From assembly GCA_023213395.1 (NCBI GenBank), contig CM041465.1, positions 208,141,741 through 208,205,740 on the forward strand: a stretch of 64,000 nucleotides of DNA, given 5' to 3'. The stretch comes from Cycas panzhihuaensis. Taxonomy: Eukaryota > Plantae > Cycadophyta. A program made the translations under genes and the position numbers. Positions 14,057 to 28,891 of this stretch are shown here, piece by piece. Below the pieces are notes generated by a model. That model saw nothing but the letters and a program-made list of their open reading frames with translations. It was not told the origin of the DNA and did not search any database. Each line of letters begins with the position of its first letter. Position 1 is the first letter of the stretch.

Positions 14057-17000
14057 TGTCAGAATCTCAAGCAAGAATATTTGAAAAATGAGTTGATTGT
14101 ATTAAGGGAGGGAATACCTCCTTAAATATACACAATAGATTGTAGTTGAAAACATCTCTGGATGACACATGCCAGACAAGTGTTTAGTTCTCCATTGGGA
14201 ATTACATAATGAGGGTCTAATAACATTACCCCTAAAGAGTCCTAGGATAAAACATTATATTCTAACACCCTCTCTTAATGTTTATCCTTTTTAGTCCTAT
14301 TCTATCTCTAAGAATTTGAAATCTATCTCTGCCAAGTGGTTTTATCAGAATGTCTACAACTTGCTCTGCTATGGGACAGTATGTCAAGTTAATTTCTTTG
14401 CTTTGCACCTTCTCTCGTATGAAATGATGATGTACCTGTATGTGCTTTGTTCGTGCATGGAGAATAGGTTTCTTGGTCAAATTGATTGCACTCTAATTGT
14501 CACAACTCAGTGTTGTTGGCCCTTGTTGCTGTTGATCTAGATCTGTTAGAAGTTGTCTTAGCCAAATCGCTTCACTTATTGTAATGACTCTATATTTGTA
14601 TTCAACTTATGTTAGGGAAAGTGAAATTGTTGCCTGCCTTTTATTGCTCTAAGAAAAGGCAGCAGGTCCTAGAAAGAAAGAGTATTTGCTTGTGGATTTT
14701 CTTTGTTCTTTCTCTTCAGCCCAATCTAAATCATAGAAACTTGACAATTGAGATGATTTCACCCTTGGATAGACTAGTTTCAAATCAATTGTTCCCTTTA
14801 CATACCTCAATATTCTTTTTGTTGCTTTCCAATGTTTCACCTTTGGTTCCTACATGTACCTTGTAACTAGTCCAATAAAATGTCAAATTTCTGGTCTAGT
14901 TGCAATGAGATAGATTTGATTCCCAATCAACTGTCTGTATAAAGTGGCATTAACTTGAGGTTGTCTTTCATCAAGAACCAAATTACAATTTATTTCCATG
15001 GGGGTTGCACATGGGTTGGAACTTTCTATTTGAAATTTGGCCAGTATGACTTTGATGTACTTACCTTGGGGCAGTGTAATTGAGTCCTTGCTTTGACCAA
15101 CCTCTATTCCTAAGTAGTAGCTCAGAAATCCTAAATCTGTCATTTCAAATTCCTTCTCTAGTTGACTCTCTATGTTTGAGATTGATTCTTCATCACTTCC
15201 TGTAAGAATCATGTTATCTACATACACAACTATTATGGTGGTTAGCCGGTTCCTTTTTCTTACATACAAGCTTGAGTTTGAGCCACATCGATGAAAGCCA
15301 TTTTGACAAAGATGTTTGTTCAACTTGGTATACCAAGCTCGAGGAGCTTGTTTTAATCCGTATAATTCCTTTCCTAACTTGCATATAACATGTTCCTCCA
15401 CCTTTTTGATGTAGCCTTCTGGTTGCTTCATGTAAACTTTTTCTTCCAGTTCCCCATTTAAAAAGGCACTCTTCACATCTAACTAGTAAATTTTCCAGTT
15501 CTGTTGAGCTGCTAGAGCAATCACTATTCTAACAGTGTTTAGTTTGGCTACAGGAGAAAATGTTTTTTCAGAGTCTACTCATGTTGTTAGAGTATAGCCT
15601 TTTGCAACAATTCTCACTTTGTGTTTCTCTATTTTGCCATTAGCACCTTCTTTGATCTTATAAATCCATTTGCAATTAACCACTGATTTGTTTGGAGGCA
15701 AATCAACCAGTTCCCAAGTTTGATTTTTGGCAATGGAATTCATTACAACATTCATTGCTACTCTCCATTCAATCTGCTCTTTTGCTTCTTCAAAGGATTG
15801 CGGTTCAATATTGCTATATAAGGCTCGAGGCTTCTAACTTCTAGTCCTGTGAGCATATATGTCTCCTTTTCCTTCTTCAACACTTTTGATGTACCATTTT
15901 GGCACTCTCTTTTCTCTCCTAGGTTCTTCTTCTATGGTTGAGCCTTCGGGGGATTGTTCCTCTTCTTCAGGTGGTGAGTCTCTATGAGATATAGGTGTGG
16001 ACTCTAATTCTTTTAGGATTTCTTCTGAGGTCAATCCAGACTCTTCCTCCATGGAGGTTCCTTCCTGAGGCATTACTCTTAGCACTTCTTCAATTATTTA
16101 ACCTCGAGATTTGCTTTTGGTGGCATCGTCTTCATTGAATACTACATCTCTACTTATATAGATCTTGTTAGTGTTTGGATCTATGCATTTGTAGGCCTTT
16201 GAGTTCTTGTTGATAAATTCTATACTCTTGGAATCTAGTTTGGATCTCCTTTTGTTAGGTATGTGGACAAAGGCTTGACATCCGAACACCTTTAGATTGC
16301 TTACATTTGGTTTCCTCCCAGTCCATGCCTCTTCTAGAGTGACATGTTCTAGTGCTTTTGTTGGACTTCGATTTATTAAATAACATGTTATGCTTACTGG
16401 TTCTTCCCAATAGGTTTTTGAAACCTATTGTTCATGCTACGTGTCATTTCCATTATGGTTCTATTTATCCTTTCTGCAACCCCATTGGATTGGAGTGTAT
16501 AAGGAGTAATAAATTGCCTACATATGCCATTAATTTTCCAGTAATTCAGGAATTCTTTGGAGATGTATTCACCACCACCATCAGATCTGATACATTTTAT
16601 TTTAAGTCCTAATTCTAGTTCTACTTCTACTTTAAACTCTTTGAAAGTTTCAAAAACTTCTGATTTGTTGCAGAGAAAATAAATCCATGTCCTCCTAGAA
16701 AAGTCATCAATAAAAGTCAAGAAATACCTAGAGCCATTAACTGAAAGTGGTGTAAGAGGTCCACACAAGTTTGTATGGACTAACTCTAATTTGTTTTGAG
16801 CCCACCACTCACTCTCCTTGAAGGGGAAACTATGATGCTTTCCAAACTAACAACCTTTGTAGACAAATTTATCAAATGTAATGATGGGTAGTTCACTGAC
16901 TATGCCCCCTTTTTGCATTAATTTTAATTTATCCAGAGGAAGATGCTAGTATTTCAAATACTATAGTTTATTATTAGTATTAAAATTAACAATACAATCT

Positions 17001-19268
17001 TTTACATCCATGTTGGAAATTACAAGGTTAGAAAGTAACCTATAAAGATCACTGCTTTCTATGCTTTTGGCAATTACATTGCCATTATTTTTCATGTCCA
17101 GGATATAACAATACCCATCTCATGAAATATTGTTCTCAATTTTTTCTTACCAAGTTGAGATACTGAGAGAAGATTCATTTTTAATCTAGGTATAAAGAGT
17201 ACATTCCCAATTTTTTTCACGCTGCGTTGCAAATTAATGGCTATAGTGCCAACTATTTTTATGTCCAAAGGATACTTATCTCCTAATTCGACTAACTTGT
17301 CAATGGTGTAGGGCTTGAATGACTTGAACCAATCTTCTTTGCCTATCATATGTCAGGAAGCTCCTAAGTCAATGTCCCATACATCTCTGTCTTGAAGACC
17401 GACAGCGAGGACGATAATAAATGTTGTTTCTTTGTCTTCTTCTTCTTCTTCTATTCGCTCCTTACTATAATTTCCTATTGGACGCTTCCCTCTTTGGATG
17501 TCATCCCTCCTTCGAGTGCATTGGTAGGGGTAGTGCTCTGGCTGCCCACAATGGTAACAAACATCAAATGCCTTACAGGCACTTGAAAAATGATCGAGCT
17601 TACCACAATTATAGCATACTCTTGATAAATTTATGCGACCACGTTCTCTGTTGTCTTGCTGCCTTCCAAAAGATGGAATTCTGGCCTCAGTAATCCAACC
17701 TCTTCCTTTGGATTGACTTCGTCCTCTAGGTCTTATGTTTAATCTGGTCATGAAAGCATCTCCTATTTCTTTTGAGTCCTCATACCGTTTGTTTCTCTGT
17801 ACCTATCTCAATAATAAACTAGTTAGAGTATCAAGAGTCATTATATCTATCTGGTTATTATTGGTTATTGTGTTGATAGTTACATCAAATGACTTTGGCG
17901 ATTTACTTGCTATCATTTCCATTATTTCTTATTCTAAAATAGTGGCCCCAATGCTCAAAAGGTCATTTCTTACTGAGACAACTTTATGTAAAAAATCAGA
18001 TACTATATCTGTCTCCTTCATATACTCGAATAGCTCCTCCTTAGGTGTTATTATTCTTGCCTATTTTTTTTGGCCATACAAATTTTCAAGGAATTCCATA
18101 TTGTAGAGGAAGAGGTTAATTTTTCCACATAAATAAATTATGGATCAGAGATTGAGAGTTTCAGGACTATTACTCATGCATTATCTCTTTCATCCCAATT
18201 TGTTTGAGCAACCCCTGCAGTAGCAGGCTTTGCTTCAGTCCCAGTGGCTATTTCCTAGGCATTTTTTGCTCTTAATAATGTCTTGACCTTAATGTTCTAG
18301 ATATGATAGTTGGAGTCTGTCAATTTATCTTGATCACATAGGGCTAGGATTGATGATGCCATTTTTTGAAGAAGAAATCGAGTTTGAGATGATATGATCA
18401 TATAAATATATAGATTTCTATACGAAACCCTAACTGTATAGACTGGTACAAAACCTACCTCAAAAGAAAGGTCCTTTTGTGGGGATTACCAATCTGCAAT
18501 TATTTTTTCAAAATAGTTTTCTATTTGGGAGAAAATAGGCCTGAAAACTGAAAATGTGCAACTAGGGTTTTAGACAAAAATAACTTCAAACTTGTAAAAT
18601 TCTAAATCAAACTCAACAAAATCTATCCTAATGCCTTTAAATTTCTTAGACACAGAGATTTTGAGCAGAGTTACCCAAAGTTTTTAGAGATATTTGCAAA
18701 AAATCGATGAGAAAAACCTAAATCTGTGTGGATTGTTAAACTAGCCAAAACTACCTTGAAATGACCTCAGATGAGTTCGAGCTAGTTGGAAGAAATGATC
18801 TTTGTATCATGATCTAACTACCAGTCAATTTTCGTGTGATTATGAGAACTCCGAAAATTTTTCGTCCCTACAGGTCTATACAAATCCGTACAATTCGAGT
18901 TCTGCAATCTTCTTTTCCTCTCCTAAAGATTTCAACTTCTTTTGTATCTCCATTGAATGCTTTAGCCTCTATTTCTGCTTCAGTGTCACTTACAATGACT
19001 GAATTTCCTCTTCTTCTTTCTCCTTTTCAGGCAGTCTGACTAACCCACTCTAATACCATGTTAGAATCTCAGACAAGAATATTTGCAAAATGAGGTGATT
19101 ATATTAAAGGAGGGAATGTCTGTTAAATATACACAAGAAGTTGTAACCGAAAACATCTCTGGGTGACAGATGGCAGACAAGTGTCTAATTCTCCATTGGG
19201 AGTTACATAGTGAGGGTCTGATAACATTACCCCTAAAGAGTCCTAGGATAAAACATTATATTCTAACA
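14057..19268 (-). mobile_element. Nested full-length decayed Ty1/Copia element (~5.2 kb)
   Basis: LTRs 14057-14267 and 19059-19268. TSD TGTTT/CGTTT. PBS 19047-19058. PPT 14268-14278. Confidence 0.93.
14262..18362 (-). pseudogene. Disrupted Copia gag-pol with two CCHC zinc knuckles
   Basis: CYNCGKLDHFSSAC and CYHCGQPEHYPYQC; WDIDLGAS (protease); YFLTFIDDFSRRTW (integrase); KSAFLNGELEE...YVDNM (RT); HARTKHI (RNase H). Confidence 0.92.
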
Positions 19269-22200
19269 CGTTTGTCCACCCAACTTAACGCACGTGGTTT
19301 ATATCAACGTCACTTAATTAAATTATATTACTAAGGTCCAAAACTTAGTAAATATCAATCCAAATGATATCGATTTAAATCTCCACGTCAAAACATCAAA
19401 TATTGCAGAGATGTGGCTGCCACAAATGTCAATAGGTTGTCCGCACTTCAAACACACTCCAAAATCAATTTATAGCTATTACGACTAGTAAAGGACAATG
19501 GCTACACAACCAGCATTCATACAAGAGACTTTATGAACTAGTTCCAGTCCGTAATGATTCATACGATTGCTCACAAAGTGGCCACATGCTTACAAAGTCA
19601 CCCATAGCTCAATACATGACCACAACACATCAAGAAATCACTATTACAGTCATCAACGCTGCCCAACACTTTCATTAAGGGCAGAAAAGTACCATTCCAA
19701 GATCCAATCTCTCCCTTAGATGAAATATATGTGATTTTTATGAACAATGGTTATGTATTAATTTTAGTGGTCCCTTGATAAGAGTAGTACCCACTTACTT
19801 GCATAATGCTATGGCTATCCTCACTACCATTGAATCACCATCATAACACGCTACGTTGGCTTCAATCACTTCTACCAATCACCCCAACTTCGGATGACCC
19901 CCAACGAGCCATCTCACACCATGAACGTAGCCTGCACATCTAAATTCTTACTCCAATTGTGTTTTTACTTTGTTGATAGGTGAATTTCACCTCCTCAACC
20001 ACCACTGATGTTTGTGCCTGCTTCTACAAGTCATTAGAGTAGATGGATCCTTAAGAATCATCTTGGGTTTGACGGCATCACCCAACAACAAATGATCTCA
20101 CCACTCTGCCCAACTTTCGGCTTTAGTCGTGTAGGACTCTACGGCTCTGATTCCATGTTGAGGAATATGAATGCATACATACATGTTTACATCCATAGAA
20201 TCTTTAACCATACACAACAAGCAAACAACATATACATAGAATACAGATGTATAGTACATAGGATTTACGTGGGAAACCCTTTCAGAAAAAAACCCACGAC
20301 AAACATCAATAGATCACCTTGATTACCACTTGTTTGATTCGATTGAATATAGAAGGGCTCAAGGATATATATATCCTTCCAAGAGGTGTCAACTGACAAG
20401 GGTTGTGACCCTTTGCATATATCGCACCATTTTGTTAATCATGACTAAGCTAAACCACACATTAACATTAACCGGTGGCTTAACAAACAACGGCCACGTT
20501 AACAAAAGGGTTGATCTAGTTCCACTAGAGATGGAAATGAAGCTTGTTTAGGCTAAAGGGAAAATGGCAATATTTGAATTGCTTTGTGGAGATCCCCTCA
20601 TGTCAAATAGCCATAGTGTGAGGATCTCAATGATTCAAGACCAAATTGTCATGTTTATAACTCGAGCATTTCTTGTGAGAAATGCATGATAGTCCTGCAA
20701 GTTGTAGCATATTGTTTATCTACAATGACACTAGAATTTGCAAGGTGAACAATGTGTGCTATGACTCAAGGCAATTATGGGAATTGATAAAATTATTTAT
20801 TAGAAGTCTGTCTCATATATTATTAGGGTATAGGTATCTTATTGGAAGTTGGTTTTATTGTTAAGAAGAATTTTTTTTTTTTTGAAGGATAGTTAAATTT
20901 GACACCTATAAATAGAGAACTATTATTCATTTGTAAATCATCTTTTGTGAGTTAATCCATTTGGGATCTTTTCACAATTTGGCTCTTAAGAGCTTCTATC
21001 CAGCTTTCATTTCAATTTTCTCTGTCTTTGTGGAAGTAGATCCAATTTAGGATCACTTCAAGTGGTATCAAAGTCTCATTTTTGATGCACCAAGGATCTA
21101 CATTTTTTGGAGTATAAATGGAAGAATTTTGAAAAAATAACTATGAATTTCAGTCGGCTAGGCATGTTCTATAAATTTTAAGTGGTTATATTGTAGTTTT
21201 TGGAGTGAAATTGTGAAAATTGCATGGAATTTAGTTTCAACCTACTGTCTATCGCTATCTTTAGGGCCTAAAATCTAATACTATAACTTCAAACAACCAT
21301 AACATTGGCTACAAGTGTCTGCTTGACCTCAATTTTTTTTTGAATTTATGTCTTGACATTTACTTTCCATTACAAGTGGTTCCAGATCCATTGGACATCA
21401 TCCGAAAAAGGTATCTATATTTTGGTAAGAGGTATTATTGTAGTCCCCAAGATCATAATCACAATCCAGTTTAAAAAGGCCATAACTTCCTCTACAAGGA
21501 TTAGCTTTTGATTTCGTCTGAAGCATTGGAATTATGAATTAGGAGTCCATATTCTAGGCTATTAGAAAATTCATAATTGAGGTGGAAAATATAAAGTAGT
21601 AGAAGAACTACAGAGCTTCACTCAATATACCAGAAACTTGAAATAGTTAAATACCCAAAAAGAATGGACTCAAAATTTTGATCCTTTAAGGTGAAAGCCC
21701 AGAAAAACATGGAAATAATACATCAAAAATTGGACCATGATCAAGAAAAGTTCAACATCAAGATAGCTAGACTAACCAAGATGATAAAAAAGGAGACCAT
21801 CTTCAAAGACCTCGAAAGGGATGGCGATCTAGGGGATCCCAACAATAGCAATAAAAATGAACAAGATCGAAAGGAAAATAAAAGATGCTATGATGATCGA
21901 AGGGATCATAGAAGAAATGATAACTGTCAACAACCAATTTTTCGCTATAATCTTCAGATACCAACTTACTCATGGAAGAGTGGAATTGAAGCAAGATGAA
22001 TGCATAGCAAAAATAGAGAATGCCATCAATACACTACATATTAGTGATACCAAAGATCAAATCAACTTTGCTATAGACTACTTTAAAGGGCCTACATACA
22101 CATTGGCTATGCTATGGAAAAGGGAAGGAAAAACACATAATTTCAAACATTTTGTGGAAGCCTTTAAAGAACAAATAGAAGATAATTAGAGTGATCCTTA

Positions 22201-23561
22201 TCCTATACAATTAGCACACAGTTTTCAAAATGGACAATCTATTAAAGAGTATACATATGAGTTTGAAAATCTCCACTTAAAGGCTGGAATTACTTCCAAG
22301 GAAGTGCTACCATATTATATCAGTAATCTACAACCTGAGATTGGTGAAGCCGTTTGTCGTTTCACCCCAAACACCTTAAGCTTAGCTATCAGAACGACAA
22401 GACAAACCAAATCTTGTCTCCAAAATACTTAGAAGGGATTCCAAATAGCATCCCATCAACCAATACATAAGTTAGCAGGACCAAGCAACCAAGGATTCTA
22501 AAAACATCAAAATAATAGTTATAATACATAGGAGCCAATAGGAATAACACAAAAGGCTAAAGAGATAGAAGAAGCTAAGGAAATAACACTTGGTATATGT
22601 CATAGTTGTAAGAAACCCTAGGTCAAGGGACATAAGTGTTCCGATACGAAGCTATATAGCGTTGAAGTGGATATTGAAGAAGAAGAAATAGAACAATAAT
22701 GAGAACTAGAGGAAGAGTAAGATGAGGAAGAAATAAACCAATAAAAGGAGTTGGATGATGGCTACCCCTTGGTCTCCTTATCATTTAGGTCAGGGACAAC
22801 ACCACCTAATACCATCAAACTTTTTGGATACCTTAGAAAGGAGAAGGTAATCATCCTCATTGATCTAGGCAACACCCACAATTTCATTGATATATAGAAG
22901 GCCAGAAGGTTAGGGCTACATGCAAAAAAAAAGGAGTTCAAAATATCACTTCTGGGAAACCAAGTGTTAACATGCTAGGGTGAAGTCAAGCATCAATGAC
23001 TACATATAGGAAAGTACGAATTTTCTACAAATTAATATACCTTTGACATCAGGGGTTTTAATATACTCTTAGGATTTGAATGGTTGAGGACGTTAGGGAC
23101 TTATGCTTTAAACCACAATGAAAACTTCATCAAGTTTAATTAGGAGGGGAAGAAATACCAATCAAATGGTATTAATGCTCCAAAATCAAAAGTTATATCT
23201 ACAAAGAGGATGGGGAAAACACTTTGCAAAGGGCATGCCAAGTTCATTCCAATGCTATACTCCATGCAAGCAGAGACCCCTAAGAGCGAATTACCACCGG
23301 AGCAAGACAAGAAAATAAATGAGCTCATAGACCACTACCAAGATGTTTTCCAAGAGTTACCAAGGACTCCACCAAGCCGAAACATGGAACATATTATTGA
23401 GTTGGATCCAGGGAGGGGGCCTACTATCGTACTTCCATATTGCTATGGGCACAAGTAGAAGACCAAAATAGAGAGACTCACGCAAGATTTATTAAATCCA
23501 GGTGCCATAATGCCCAGTAAGAGCCCTTACACAACACCTGTTATCTTAAGTAGGAAAAAGG

Positions 23562-26500
23562 TGTTGGAATATTAATGCATATTTGTTTTGTCCCACATGC
23601 AAGTGGGTTTCACTCTCACTATATTGATATGTATTATACATACACAACATAGTGTATCATATTATATATTGTTGTAATGATGTTTTGTTAATACAATGGA
23701 GGTACCTTAAGGGTACCGTTCGATCCTGTGTAGATGTGTTTTGTTCTGTTTATCGATATCTTATTACAGGTCTATTTTCCAACATGGTATTAGAGTGCCC
23801 AGGTTGAGAGAGGTGTTTTTGTTCGGTATCAGAGTGGTGATTTGGGAGGTGCCATCAAGGGTGGAAAGCATATTCGAGAGAATAAACGTTGAAACTTCTA
23901 AAAAGTAATGGCAAAATTGAGATGAAATGGCTCATTCTGTAAAATTTGAGTGGTCGCACTATAGATTTTGGGGTGAAAGTGTGAAAATTGCAGTAGAATT
24001 AATTTCGGCCTACTTTTTTTTTCCGTCGTCGTATTTTTGGGACAGATCTACAACCTCAACTTCAAAGAGCCATAACTTTGGCTACAGGTATCCAAATGAC
24101 CCCAAATTTTTTTTTATTCTGTACATTTTTTAATTTACTTTCTAAGGGAACTGGTTTAAGGTTCATCAGAGTTTAGAGTGAAAAGTTATTACCAGTGTAT
24201 CAGAAGGTACTATTACAATCCCTAGAAACCCTAATTGTGAAATTCTTAAAAGGGGCATAACTTTTGATCTAGATATCAGAATTCAATTTCGTTTGAACCG
24301 TTGGAATCGTATTTTAGAGGCCTTTATTTCCATCAATATTCTATGCTTTTTTGAGCTATATTTTTTCCAGAAATAAGTATTTTGGGAATTCAAGGGTTTC
24401 ATATTGATATGGCGACGTGAATGAGGCAATGGTAATGAGCTGATATAAGTGTTTTGCACTCTTAATTGGTGACAAAGTAGTGACATTTGGCATTAGCATA
24501 GTGCTATCTTGCATGTGATTTACATAAGTTGGGTAATGTTGCAATATGAGGTGATTGTTTGAGGCTCTTTTGCATATGTTGTACATAGAAGAGTGCCTTT
24601 TAAGATGTGAGATGACTTTGAGTCATGTTAATACAAGTGTATTTGGCATTCTATTAGTGATTTGTGGTGGACGATGGTGATTGTTTAATGACAGTTTGAG
24701 TGCCCTTTTACATGTATTTATATGAGAGAGCCATTGTGACATAATATAGTGATAAAATGATAATGTATGTGACATATGGCAATTAAGTGCCCCGTGGAAT
24801 CTGATTTACGTGAAGAGACTTTATGAGCATGATAAAGCTAACTTGAGGGCAAGAAAGATAGTGATATGAGGCAATGACATGCTTGTTACATGTGAGGTTA
24901 CATGACAAGATTGGATGTTTGTCGGGCATGTTTAAGGATGAGATTAGGCATGTTTGAGGATGCGTTCTAATTGATTGAATGGGCAAAGAAGTATGAATTG
25001 AGTTACAGGGAAGCAAACTTTGTTGAGTGGTGTTTTTTGGGCAACTAAGTGAAGTGTGTGTCTTGGTAGCGACATATGGCATGTATGATTATTGTGAGAT
25101 TTATGAGGCATTGGTTTGGTGAAGTGAGTGTTTGGACTCTATGTGACTGTTTGACAATATGGGAGATACATAAGACAATGATGTGATGATAAAGTCGATG
25201 ATGTGAGAGATATAAGACATGAGAAAGTTTGTTGACATTAATGGGTGAATTTGTTGATTGAAAAAGGGACGTGGTGTTAAAAAATGGCATTTACAATCAT
25301 GGAGGATAATGATGTGGTTATGTATGTTCCTGAAATAAATGAATACTACCTAAGGGATTCGTTTCTTCCAATACCTAAGTGTAATGGTGAAGACTACTTC
25401 TTTTGGATAATTAAAATGAGATGTTTATTTATAGCTAGAGGTTTGTAAAAGATTGTTACTAATGAATATGATATCCCTAAGGATGAAGAAGAAAAAGAAA
25501 TGCTTGAGAAGAAAGACAGAAAGACATTCATTATGATTCGTGCTGCATTCAACAAGGCCGATCTTCCTTTCGAATACCATTTTGTCATTCCTATGATTCT
25601 ACATACAAGTACTGCTAAAGAAGCTTGGGATTTTCTAAGGGAAGTATTTGAACAAACTCCTTAAGAGACACAACGAATGATTGAAAAGGCAATTAAGGCT
25701 AGTTATGGTTATGGTACAGGTATAATGAATGAAAAAAATATCATCAACACTGATGAAACAACATGTCAAGATGAAGAATGTATGAATACTAATGAAATTT
25801 CTATTGAATGTAAAGAAACAATGGTTGAATATATTGATGAGACTACAACTACTGATGAAGATGTTGAAAGTGTTGAGTTGATAAAGGTTTATATAGATGA
25901 CACCATGATTTCAAGAGAAATTGAACATGAATCTGATGGTCTTGTAAAGGATGAGTCTTATATTGATGATATTCCTACTTTAAGTATTGATTCAAGTTTG
26001 AATGATGTTCCTTCTTTGAGCATTGATTCAAGTTAAAAGAGTATGCAAGTTGATCAAGACTCCACTCCTAAGGTTGAAGAAATTACTATTGTACATGGCG
26101 ATCAAGAACTTATACATGATAATGATGACAAGCAAGTTGTATTTGAAGATGGTTACTTACAGGATCTTCATCACAATCAGACTAGACCAGCCGCAATGAA
26201 GAATCAGGATTTGCACTTGCTAGAGCTGCTACATCAACATCATCACTACAGCATTGAAGAGGGAAATCAAGCTGAGAATATCATCTTACAAAGGCATCAG
26301 TTGAAGAATTGAAGACGAAAATCAAGATAAAGACATCATTCTACATCAAAGACATCACTATAAGATTGAAGACAAGAATCAAGTTGAAGACATCATTTTC
26401 AAGACATTTCCAAAGACAAAGCATTGCAAATACAAATGACCCAAATGTACATTAAGGGGGAGTGTTGGAATATTAATGCACATTTGTTTTGTCCCACATG

Positions 26501-26685
26501 CAAGTGGGTTCCATTCTCACTATATTGACATGTATTATAAATACACAACATAGTGTATCATATTGTATGATGTTGTAATGATGTTTTGTTAATACAATGG
26601 AGGTACCTTAAGGGTATCGTTCGATCCTGTGGAGGTGTGTTTTGTTCTGTTTGTGGATATCTTATTGCAAGTCTATTTTCCAACA
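23562..26685 (+). mobile_element. Non-autonomous Copia-derived gag-only LTR element D (TR-GAG-like), inserted in Gypsy RT
   Basis: 223-bp LTRs 23562-23784 and 26463-26685. TSD AAAGG. PBS 23785-23796 and PPT 26454-26462. Broken ORF from ~25299: MYVPEINEYYL...FWIIKMRCLFIARGL...AKEAWDFL, then an acidic tract. No RT or integrase. Confidence 0.9.
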
Positions 26686-28891
26686 AAAGGATGGGTCCTT
26701 CTGAATGTGCATTGATTACAGAGCCCTATATAGGATAACGTTAAAAAATAAATACCCCATTCCATGCATGGATGATATTACAGATGAACTGCATGGAGCT
26801 AGATATTTTTCCAAAATTGATTTACATTCTGGATACTATCAAATACCAATCTGACCTCAAGACACAGAAAAAACAACTTTCCGAACACACCAAGGGCTAT
26901 ACGAGTTTAAGGTGATTCCATTTGGGCTAACTAATGCCCCAACAACATCCCAATCAAACATGAACCATGCATTTGCACACTTTTGAAGAAGGTTTGTCAT
27001 GGTCTTCTTTGACGATATTCTTATCTATAGTAAGACCTAGCAGGAACATTTGGGACACATCAAGCAAACATTTCAAGTCCTTCAAGACAATCAATTTTTT
27101 GTGAAGAGATCGAGGTGCTATTTTGGAAGGAGGGCCCTTGAATATCTTAGACATATAATTTTGGAAGATAGAGTTCAAATTGATCCTACAAAAATACAGG
27201 CCATTCTCAATTGGCCCATATCGAAAAATGTGTCAAAACTCAAGAGATTTCTAGGAATTGCAGGATACTACCAAAAGTTCATTAAAAGATATGCTAATAT
27301 ATTTAGACCCCTTACTAACCTTACCAAGAAGGATAACTTTATCTAGGATAAGAATGTTGATCTAGGTCTTGAGAAATTAAAAGAGGCCATTACCATCACA
27401 CCAGTCTCCAAATCGTTTATAGTGGAATGCGATGCATTAGGCACAGAAGTAGGTGCAACTCTACTACAAAATGGCCACCCTATTGCATATGAGAGCCAAA
27501 AACTAAATCTATGGGAAAGAGCCAAGAGCACATATGATAAGGAGATGTTAGCCATTCTACATGCCTTAACAAAATGGAGGTAGTACTTATTAGGAACAAA
27601 ATTTATTGTTCGGATAGATCACCATAGCCTAAAGTACTTCTTGACACAACAAAACTTATCTCAGGAGCAACAAAAATGGATCAGTAAGATCCAAGACTAT
27701 GACTTTGAAATTTTATATAAGAAAGAAAAAGAGAACATTATTGCAGGCGTATTATCAAGAAAATTTGAAGATGTTAAATGCTCTGCCATCACAATGATTG
27801 AGCTTGCAAGGCTTGAGGAATTACACCAATAATACTCACAAGACAAAGAAGTGAAGGCCATCATAGACGAAAGTCCTAAAGAACTAAAAAAGACTTCTTG
27901 GACAAAAAGGGGTAGCACCCATCTTTATAAAAATAGGATCTCTTACCTCAAAAATCAGAGTAGTTTAAGGAGGCAATCCTCAAAGAGCATCATGATTCAC
28001 CCATAGTTGGGCACTCAAGGTTACTCAAGACCTGCGAGAGGATAAGGAGATTGTTTTACTAGAGAGGAATGAAGGCCAACATAAAGAAGTTTATTTCAAA
28101 ATGTGAGACTTGCCAGAGACAAAAAGTAGAATCAATACAAACTCCAAGAATGTTACAACCCCTAGATCGACCCAAGCAAAAATGGGAAGAAACTTCTATG
28201 GACTTTATAATTGGCCTTCCAAAATTAAGAACAACAGATGCATTATTTGTAGCAACTGATTGCTTGATAAAATATGCACATTTTATTCCTATTCTATTGA
28301 CTTATAAGGCATCTCAAATAGCTAAAATATTCATGGAGAATATACATAGATTACATGGGTTTCCTAAAAAAATAATCAACGATAGAGATCCTAAATTCAC
28401 AAGCCATTTTTGGAAGGATCTATTCAAATTGACAGGGACCCAACTCACCATAAGCATGTTAAGATTTTAACATGGAGAACATTCATCAACCACAAGAACA
28501 ATATCAATGAACAGAGATTAACACAATATAATCAGAATGCATTAACATATCAAAAACACCAAAGACTCAATATGAGCCTTGATGATGTGATGTCACTAGA
28601 CACTACCTCAACCACCTTTATATACAAAAGAGGTGGGAGACTACACAACCCAAGTAATGCATGTGGGACAAATACCTGTCCTGACCAATGACATTACACC
28701 ACTAATTTGACCAATAAGCTTCTATCTTCTCACATAATATTATAATAGCCCTCTAACTCTAAGACTTAGGACTATGACTAATAATCCTAGGACCCGCTTA
28801 ACCACACACACACATTAAACATTATATTCTAACACCTCCCCTTAATATTTAATGTCAAGACTGCAAGATGTGATTGAGTACAGGAGACTAA

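Larger units (their letters stand above)
9250..20504 (-). mobile_element. Full-length decayed Ty1/Copia element with a second Copia nested in its leader
   Basis: LTRs 9250-9598 and 20156-20504 (349 bp each). TSD AAAGG at 9245-9249 and 20505-20509. PBS-like sequence at 20144-20155 and PPT at ~9599-9609. Confidence 0.93.
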
